Shown piece by piece: positions 9,576 through 16,902 of a DNA stretch of 16,902 bases. The DNA is from a bacterium (GTDB lineage: Bacteria; SAR324; NAC60-12). Numbering within the stretch: the stretch's first letter is position 1; each line of letters begins with the position of its first letter. The DNA lies in NCBI GenBank assembly GCA_965233585.1, contig CBDDTI010000559.1, forward strand, positions 1 to 16,902, written 5' to 3'. The position numbers and the translations under genes are program-made. The notes beneath the pieces were generated by a model that did not search any database, was not told where the DNA came from, and saw nothing but the letters and a program-made list of their open reading frames with translations.

Positions 9576-11674
9576 CTACCAAGTCCATTTCTGCTTCCGT
9601 GCGCTCTTTCTTCTTTGCTTCTTTGCGGTAGGGCGCCGTTGTGGACTGTCACTCTTCAATGGAGGTTCATTTGGCAGTATAACACCAACCTGCGTCTCCA
9701 ATGACGGAAGCTCAAAGCCAAGCTTCCGCGCAGCGACCGCGAGTTTCAAGAGTTCAAACACCCCAAGTTCTTTCAGTTGTTCCGGGCCCAAAGCAAGAAG
9801 AATATGATTTTTATCATCTGGCAAAATCGTGTACTCGATTTTTGCCAACGCATGGAGCAACTTTACAGCATCTCGAGTGCTGAATTCACCTGGAGGTCGC
9901 AGCCGTAGCAGGCGTATCACCGTCCCCAATAATTGTATTGGAGCTTGATGCACCTTTGCAAAAGCATGCACAACATTGACGAGGTCCGTGCAAGTTCGGA
10001 ATTCTAATGCTGCCTGATCGTTCTCCTGACATTGCAGCAATGACTCTGCCAGCCTCTCGTGCAGCCTTGAGTCCCGGACTTGAAACTTTGCAAAAGCCAT
10101 CGTCAAACTCAGCAGTTCATTGAATGTACCCAGGCTTAGGTTGCACACCCTTTGAACTTCTCTGTCCTCTTCATTTGCTTCAAGTTTCGGACCGGGACGA
10201 CGCAGCATTTGGGTTGCACGGCCAGTAAGAACAGGGCAACTTACGCCACACTTGGCTAGTGATGCAAGGGTGGAACTCATCAACCTGACATCCAAAGCAT
10301 GCAAATGGCGCCTGACTTCTATAGACAACAGGTCCAACAAAGCAATGTCTTGGCTAGTGAATTTCGCAAAGCCATAAAGCACATTTGCAAGATCTTGAGC
10401 CGTTAAGTCTCTTCGCACTTCTTTATCGCGCAGTCTGAAGGCTAGAGATGATAGAATCTTTTCATCATGGACCCTGCAAGCTGCAAAGGCGCGTGAAATG
10501 GTCCCACAATCCTTGGAGCTTAGCGTGCTCGTCTGTCTTGCCAACGAGTTGCCGATTCCAAAAAACAACGCTGAGACTTGTCGATCACCGCGGACTCTGA
10601 ATGTGGCCATGGCTTCCAAGACTTCACAAAGTTGAGCAGCGGTAAAAAATGAGACATGTTCCAGGCAAACTCGTGCTGCTCCGTCTATGAGTTCTTGTCT
10701 GGAATACTCTAATGCCTGGTCAACATCCGGCAGCACAGATGCAGAGAAAAGCTGAGACAGCGACAAGAGAGAGCTGGATAGACAAGCAGCCGTGGCTTTT
10801 GACTGTTGCAGCATCTCGAACAGGACCAATTCCAATTTTCTCAACACTCGATCATTGCGGAACGCAAGAATAGCATGTGATTGAAGTATAAGCATAATGC
10901 TCTCTGCATCCAGAAAGTTGCGCTCTGCTCCCGCAACCGCCATATCGCCAATGTTGTACCTGGCAAGTCTCAAGAGACACGATGATCCTGCTTGATGTTC
11001 GTTGTGCGCAAATGAACTCGTGCTTTTCAACAGCTTCTGACATGCGGAACCGATAGAACGGCTTACTGTATGCACATAGATAATATCAAATAATCATAAA
11101 AATACTTAGTGTGTGCCTCCTAGCATGAAAATGTGTTGGGGTTCAACAGCTCACTTTTAATAAAGCCGGAATTGAGACTACAAGTACAAGCAAGACGACG
11201 TACTGTCATGACTTTCTTGATCACAAAGAGAGTTCCATTGTCGATGAAGAAATAGAGTAAATAGAGATGGAAGCAAAGGAAAGCAAAACAAATCAAAGAC
11301 AAACAAATTAAACACATGACTTTTGCTGTTTATCGAATGCTGAGATTCATAAGCTCGGTGTCTTGATGGTGAACCGTCGCTGCCGCTACAGCATAGCGGG
11401 CTAAGGCAAGTAGATTTGCATCGGCGCCACAGAGCTTTCGAGCTTGCAGACTACAAGCCTGCCAAAAAGCCTGGTCTTTGAAATCACTTGACACTGCACT
11501 TTTGGCAACCAGGAGCAAGGTAGCAGCATCCGGCAGCTGGCTGGGGTCATAGACTAGGTGCGCAGGCGGGCCGGATGCAGCCTGTTGAATATTACGCACC
11601 TTTTTCGCAAAAAATGCGTTTCCGCCCAGGGTTGAGAAGGTACTGCACCGCCATCGAAACCGTCGAAAGAGCAT
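9576..11674 (-). CDS. Mitochondria-targeted helical-repeat (HPR/OPR/FASTK-like) putative RNA-binding protein, 2 exons, ~569 aa
   Basis: Exon 11674-11349 joins exon 10959-9576 across a 389-nt GA-AG intron, giving ...HHQDTELM-YNIGDMAVAG.... Arg/Ser/Thr-rich N-terminus MLFRRFRWRCSTFST. ~37-40 aa repeats such as LTAQDLANVLYGFAKFTSQDIALLDLL, TFNELLSLTMAFAKFQVRDSRLHERL, TCTDLVNVVHAFAKVHQAPIQLLGTV and FSTRDAVKLLHALAKI. Confidence 0.85.
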
Positions 11675-11688
11675 CAATCAAACAGTGG

Positions 11689-11695
11689 CTTGAGC
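11689..11695 (-). promoter_or_regulatory. Spliced-leader relic upstream of the helical-repeat gene
   Basis: GCTCAAG ends 14 nt before the ATG at 11674. Short match. Confidence 0.4.
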
Positions 11696-12427
11696 GGTCT
11701 GGAATGAAAGCCTCGCTTTCCCTTGTACCCACCATGAGCCGCTGAGACCATTGCTTCTACTTTGCAACACAAAGATCCTGAAAGACATCCCCTCTAGACT
11801 TCAACCACTTCACGCCGCAACTTCCGATATGTCTTAATGACCCGCTACCTTACATGTAGTGTCGTACAACAAATGACTGCAGTGCTACAGACGCAGCTTT
11901 CTTATATTTGCTTGAAAACATTCCCGCGATTTGGACCAAAAAAGACAATCAGCAAATCATCATGGAGTCATCCAACATGTATGGGCTATGCCGCATAGCT
12001 ATGCTGCATGTTCTTGGTTTGTCACAACTAGAGCCTTTGGCTTCAAGAACTGGCACATCTTAGGAGTGCCCAGGAAAATGTGAGTTTCACCGCTTTCTGT
12101 GAGCGCGGCTGCAATTTGTGGAAGTACTTGCTTGGTTGCTTCAAGCACAAGTTGGGCATATGTTCTAAAGTTCTAAAGCGTGCTTTTCTGGAAGCAACAT
12201 TGAGTCTTGATTTGCATGCTGCTTCTTCCACTGTTGTGGCTTCTGACAAGTCATTACACACTTCAAATCGCAGACAGGGTCCATCAAACCGGAGTCTGTT
12301 CCAAAAGGTCAAGGACCTCTGACAAGAAGTGACAATAACCTCAATTGAGTGAGAGGCGGCCTTTTTTTCGCACTCATTTCTGGAAGCAACTCTTGACTCT
12401 GCTCAGCCGTAGCCTACCCCTGCTGCG

Positions 12428-12468
12428 TCTCTCGCACTCTCTCTCCCTTTCTCTCTCTCTCTCTCTCT
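12428..12468. repeat. (CT)n microsatellite
   Basis: Imperfect CT run, directly visible. Confidence 0.85.
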
Positions 12469-12894
12469 GGCTCTTTGCAAGGAGACTTTCATTTCACAGT
12501 GGCAGGGCCTCATTCCGGCTGATTCAATGCCTTTCACATTCTTGCCTCAGGGACTGAAAGAATGTCTGGGACTTGGCCAGTCCTCGCGAGGAGCAACAAA
12601 GATTTAAATCACCAACAATGACAATGAGTTGAGACTCAACTTGGTTCAAGTGCAACATCCAAGCCCTTTACTTTATGTCCTCAGAAATTCTGATATGATC
12701 TCCAAGCAATCATCTCGTCTCTCATTGCCTACTTGATGAGGCCTGGCGCTTCGGCTGCGAGATCATGCGAAAACCGATGACTAGACTATGACTATGACAT
12801 GTTTTTTAAAGGGGAGCAAACTGACTCAAATTGAACAGGTAGAATTCGGACTGTACCACTTTTCACTTTTCCATGATCCTTTTGTAGTATGGTA

Positions 12895-13803
12895 CTAACG
12901 CGTCAGCGCCAGGTCAAGGTTGCAAGTCACTCCACCCACATTCATTCGAGCAACAGCAACGCGCCAATGCTGCCAAGTAGTGTCACGACTTACTGCCACA
13001 ACGACATCAGCAACGGCAGCGTTACCAACCACCTTGAGTTGAGCATTGATATAGGTTGGGGTGAAAGTTCCGCTGCATGACTCAATGTAAGACGGACCCA
13101 GCACGGTCCGAACGCTCTGATCACCCAGCACCGCCTTCCGCACACAGCCATGGCTTTGCCAAACATGACGGGACCTGAAGACACGGACTCCTCCAGCAAG
13201 AACAGTCGCAATCAAAGCAATCCCCAGCGTAAAGTGCAATCTGCGTCTGGAACGCTCATCCTTGGAGCTACCATCACGCCGCAAGCAAACAGCTTCATAC
13301 TCAGGCAGTCCGAGTGGATTGCCAAATATAATCTCGCCATCTTGCAAAACAACCAATGTTTCAAGTCTCCACATCGAAGGATCTTGATCTTCGGGTCGAA
13401 AAGAACGTATCGAGCGTACCTTGTCAAGGAAGGTCTTCTTCAGCTCCCAGGGTCGCAGCCAATAATAGCCATCATGGCCATCATCAGAATCTGTTTCTGT
13501 CTCTTCAAGTTTATCTCTCTTCGCACTCACAAAAACATGTGCCACACCCTTTGTGCCATTGACCTTGAAGCTTGCCCGCATCAGGCCTGCGGTTGAATCC
13601 ACATGACCTTGTCTGGGCCACATGCCAAGCTTCAATGGTCCCAAATCAAGCTGCTCCTGCACCTGCTCCATCTGTGCAAGAGCAAGTTGCACACAGGGCA
13701 AGTCCCGATACCTGCGGTGGTTGCTTACAAACTTTGCGCATGCTGCAGTTCCAGCAATGGTCCAAGCGCCAGCAATGACACGACGCTTTGAAAGTGCAAA
13801 CAT
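12895..13803 (-). CDS. Intronless 302-aa protein with two tandem TM + Coa1/Tim21-like domains (putative mitochondrial inner-membrane assembly factor)
   Basis: Module 1: hydrophobic VIAGAWTIAGTAACAKFV, then VQLALAQM..LG.PLKLGMW..GHVD..AGLMRASFKVNGTKGVAHVFVSAKR...WRLETLVV..DG. Module 2: LHFTLGIALIATVLAGGVRVF, then VRKAVLGDQSVRTVLGPSYI..SG....INAQLKVVGNAAVADVVVAVSR.....WRVAVARM. Both follow the Coa1 pattern as recalled (helix, LG.P, G, (F/L).V.G, A.R, W). Domain call is by eye. Confidence 0.75.
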   Translation of the reverse strand: MFALSKRRVIAGAWTIAGTAACAKFVSNHRRYRDLPCVQLALAQMEQVQEQLDLGPLKLGMWPRQGHVDSTAGLMRASFKVNGTKGVAHVFVSAKRDKLEETETDSDDGHDGYYWLRPWELKKTFLDKVRSIRSFRPEDQDPSMWRLETLVVLQDGEIIFGNPLGLPEYEAVCLRRDGSSKDERSRRRLHFTLGIALIATVLAGGVRVFRSRHVWQSHGCVRKAVLGDQSVRTVLGPSYIESCSGTFTPTYINAQLKVVGNAAVADVVVAVSRDTTWQHWRVAVARMNVGGVTCNLDLALTR

Positions 13804-13870
13804 TGCTTTAGTAAATATCCTACCGATTTGACATGGTCCTGGACCGTGGCTCTACACTGTGCCCTAAGCT

Positions 13871-13909
<39 letters not shown>

Positions 13910-14159
13910 AATCACTCTCCGGTGCAGGTCAGTGCAGCTCAAACACCTAAAGGTCTTAAGTCCTCCATTCAATCGAGACAAAATAGAACCCTCTTATGTA
14001 TACGTATACATATATATATATACATATACACCTATAGGATCCAGTACGGCCAGGTAGTCAAATTTCATTCGCTAAATTTGCTGAGGTCTGTGCCTGACTG
14101 TTCACATGTTTGACATCTTTTGACCCGTGAAAGTCTGCGGGTTCCTTCAGGGTTGATGA

Positions 14160-15372
14160 TCAATCTTCCATGCTAACCTGTGCGGCTGCCAGCGATGCAG
14201 CAATAAAACGTAGCACGATCAAGGCCATCTGGCCAACTTCTGCTTTGTTGTGGCTGATCAAAGCATTGATCTCAGGATCCTGCCATCCCTTGGCATACTC
14301 AACTGCAGTAACCTTCTGGTCCTCGACACCGAAGTCAAGGAAGAACGCTCACACACGCGCACACACACACACAAAAAAAAATGCAATAGTTTGGTGTAGT
14401 CGGTAATTATATCTATAGGGGTAAGGATAAGCTGACCCGTAGCAGCCTTAGCGTATCAATCCTGACAGCAGTCCTTGACCGATTTGTCGACCAAGCCAAT
14501 GTCAGCCCCTGCTTTCAGTAGGGCGGCAACCACCTCTGCACTCAAGCCATGCCGGTACTGCTGCAACTTGAGAAAGATCTTTCCGAGGCACCTTTGCATG
14601 TCCATTCCGCGCTGCCACCTCGACTTGTTTGTACTCAATTCACACTTCAAACACTTCAAACCGTTTGAATTGAACATCCGAAAATATTGCCAACAAAACC
14701 ACTCTATGAACCTGCAAGTTGCAGGGAAAATGTGGGACTTGTTCGTCAGTAAATGTTCCAGTCAAACTTTATGAATGCCGAACAGCCCAAGGACAAGGGG
14801 AAAGCTAACTCCATGAATTAAACTGCAAAAGATCAGCCAGCTCACCATGAGTGGTGTTTTGCCATCTTTGTCCGCAAGGTTGATGTCGATCAAATCCTGA
14901 ATTGGGGGGCTAGTTTTTTGGGGGTCAAGAGTGGCCCAATTCAATAGTCAATGTGTTGAACTTGTCAAAAATGCAAGGAAGAGCCAGTTGCACAGAATCC
15001 TGGGCAGTGCGGCTCACTGAGGCTGTTAGCCTGTGCAAAGGGTGCTGGCTCAGTCCTTCTTCTCTGTTTCAAGGTAGTCCTCCACGACATCTACTAATCC
15101 ATCTTGTACATGCAGGCGGAACCGTGTCTGGTCCTGGATTACCCATGCAGATCAGAGAGGCCCACGCACCCCATCCCAACCCTCTGCGAGTTATAAAGAG
15201 AACAAAAAGAATTCAAATAGTCTGAGAATCGGGCCCTGACCACATAGCCGAACTTGTCCCATTCTTGTTCTTTGGTCATGGGAAAGTGCCATCCATCTGC
15301 CTGCCATGGTTGGGAAGTCGCTGGTCAGCCCAAAAGCCCGGATGCATCTGCGTCCACATATGCTTCTGACAT
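14160..15372 (-). CDS. Small ankyrin-repeat protein, ~8 exons, ~133 aa
   Basis: Exons 15372-15355 (tentative), 15300-15241, 15133-15056, 14896-14846, 14618-14592, 14533-14480, 14321-14226 and 14177-14160 (tentative). Core translation: ...HVQDGLVDVVEDYLETEKKDLIDINLADKDGKTPLMVAARNGHAKVVAALLKAGADIGLVDKSDQKVTAVEYAKGWQDPEINALI..., containing the canonical GxTPLxxAAxxGHxxVVxxLLxxGAD motif. Both ends are uncertain. Confidence 0.82.
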
Positions 15373-16902
15373 TTCCGGAACCCGTCTCGGTCAGCACTGC
15401 GCCTTTTGAGCATCTGTGAGAGTGAAGTTTAGGTCATTAAATCGCCCAAAGTTGCTGGGCCTTACTTAACTTCAAACGGTGCAGCAAAAGTGAAAGACCT
15501 TGAAAGCAGTTTTGCATCATGGTCACGGACTGCCATTGGCGAGTTGAACGGGTGTTCAGTCTGCCCAAATGAGACCGCCACAACACTTGAGCATAATGCA
15601 CAATATTGCACAATGCTATCAAAAACAGAAGCCACAGTGAATTGCGCCAACAGTTCAAATCGACTTAAGAGCCCAAAACATGGAAAATAGAGAGCATGTG
15701 GCAGGGGCAGGGAAACAAGGGTAGAGAGCAGCAAGTGCATACTCCAAGACCTGAAAGCACATGGGATTGCTCAAGACAGGATCACTGGGCTAGAAATGTC
15801 AACGGCTAGCAACAGGTGTGCCTGGATATGGCTTTTGTGCCTTTGACGTTGTTGGGTGATGATTCAGCGCTTTTCTAGCTCCAGATTCATTGATTTCTCT
15901 TCTTGTCTCCTGGTTGACCTTGCCTTCTGTATTTCAATGTTCACTCTCCGTTTCATTCCTTTACGTCTGCTTTACTGTCCTTGGCTGTCTGCCTTCGTCT
16001 TCAGTTTCCTTCATTCATTCCTTTGCACATTTTCCTGTGAACGCCAAGTTTAATAGTGTGCCTCTCACAAGATAAATCCCACCACTTTCTTCCAACACCA
16101 GAACTGTATCGATGGCTTTTCAAACGTACAAGTATGCTAAAGCATCATTGTTGCTGGGTGGCTCCGATGTGCAGTGTCTGTGGTGTGTGTCCAGACGGTT
16201 TCTGATCCAAGTGCACTCTATCAAGTCAAGGTATCAATCTTTCAAAATCTCTCTGATTTGTTTGAATCATGCTTTGTCAGAGGAGTATTTCTTCACGTTT
16301 TTGGCAAACCACTGGGATTCAGCAGCAGTTGGCCCAAGGGAGGAAACTTGTTTAATGGGTGAGAATTTTTGTGTCTGTGTGTGTGGGTGTTCCTGTAGTT
16401 TAGGGGATGTTTAACATCTGTTCTGTGCGGTATTTGCGGAATTTTGGAGCTGGCACCTATCATTTGTATTTGTCAAAACCGTGTGTGTATATTACATATA
16501 TATATATTATGTAATGGATGTGTTTCCATGTTTCTGTTGTCGTAGTGTATACTAATACTGTTGCCCATGCTATTCTTGTTCTTATCACCATTGCCGTTTG
16601 GGCAGTTGTCGCCCATGTTGTCGTCTGCTCTTGGTTTGGCTTGTTTGTCTTGCTTCTTGTAGTTGTGTGTGTGTGTGTTTGTGTGGGTTACCGTTCTGAT
16701 TGCTCACCCTGGGCTGCAGTTTGTAAGAAAATGTTTTGCACGTGACGGCTGGGCCATTCAAGGTCTGCCATGGGAAGTTGCTGTAGTTTGGGCAGGGAAA
16801 GTCCGGATAGGCGATGCGGATTTCTCCACATATAAGAAACCCTGCACGGAACAGCCACAAGTAACCCACAGGACCACCCTTCGACAGTTCCACAACATGA
16901 CT

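Noticed and set aside
10960..11075. N-terminal part of the 499-aa ORF (MHTVSRS...)
   Set aside because: Better explained as open intron upstream of the CCAG|G acceptor at 10960/10959.
12043..12680. Possible extra minus-strand gene (phase-compatible pieces KNVKGIESAGMR and SLTFWNRLRFDGPC...)
   Set aside because: No credible start exon and no recognisable homology; RNA-seq would be needed.
13150..13831. Plus-strand ORFs overlapping the 302-aa gene
   Set aside because: Antisense shadows of a real CDS.
15437..16902. ORFs and exon-like stretches at the right end (15462-15750, 16740-16902) and the palindrome ATTACATA...TATGTAAT near 16491-16515
   Set aside because: No consistent spliced model or domain could be built; the palindrome is centred on a (TA)n run and is likely incidental.

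Overview
Eukaryotic DNA with the hallmarks of a dinoflagellate (Symbiodiniaceae-like) nuclear genome: GT/GC/GA donors, AG|G acceptors, co-oriented genes and spliced-leader-like relics. Bases 1-4590 are a repeat block: a higher-order satellite, a near-pure A/T core, a degraded interspersed repeat with ~93-bp and 52-bp subrepeats, and a compound microsatellite. The block shows C>T/G>A erosion that largely spares CpG. Bases ~4650-15372 hold five minus-strand genes, most spliced and invisible in the ORF track. From right to left: a small ankyrin-repeat protein, an intronless protein with two tandem TM+Coa1/Tim21-like modules, a mitochondrial HPR/OPR-like helical-repeat protein with one GA-AG intron, a 6-exon tail-anchored cytochrome b5, and the 5' exons of a probable membrane protein running into the repeat block. 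Intron 4 of the cytochrome b5 gene carries a ~1.27-kb non-coding element with 248-bp direct repeats, (GT)n junctions and dense predicted RNA structure. All gene models and counts were made by hand and need RNA-seq/HMM confirmation.
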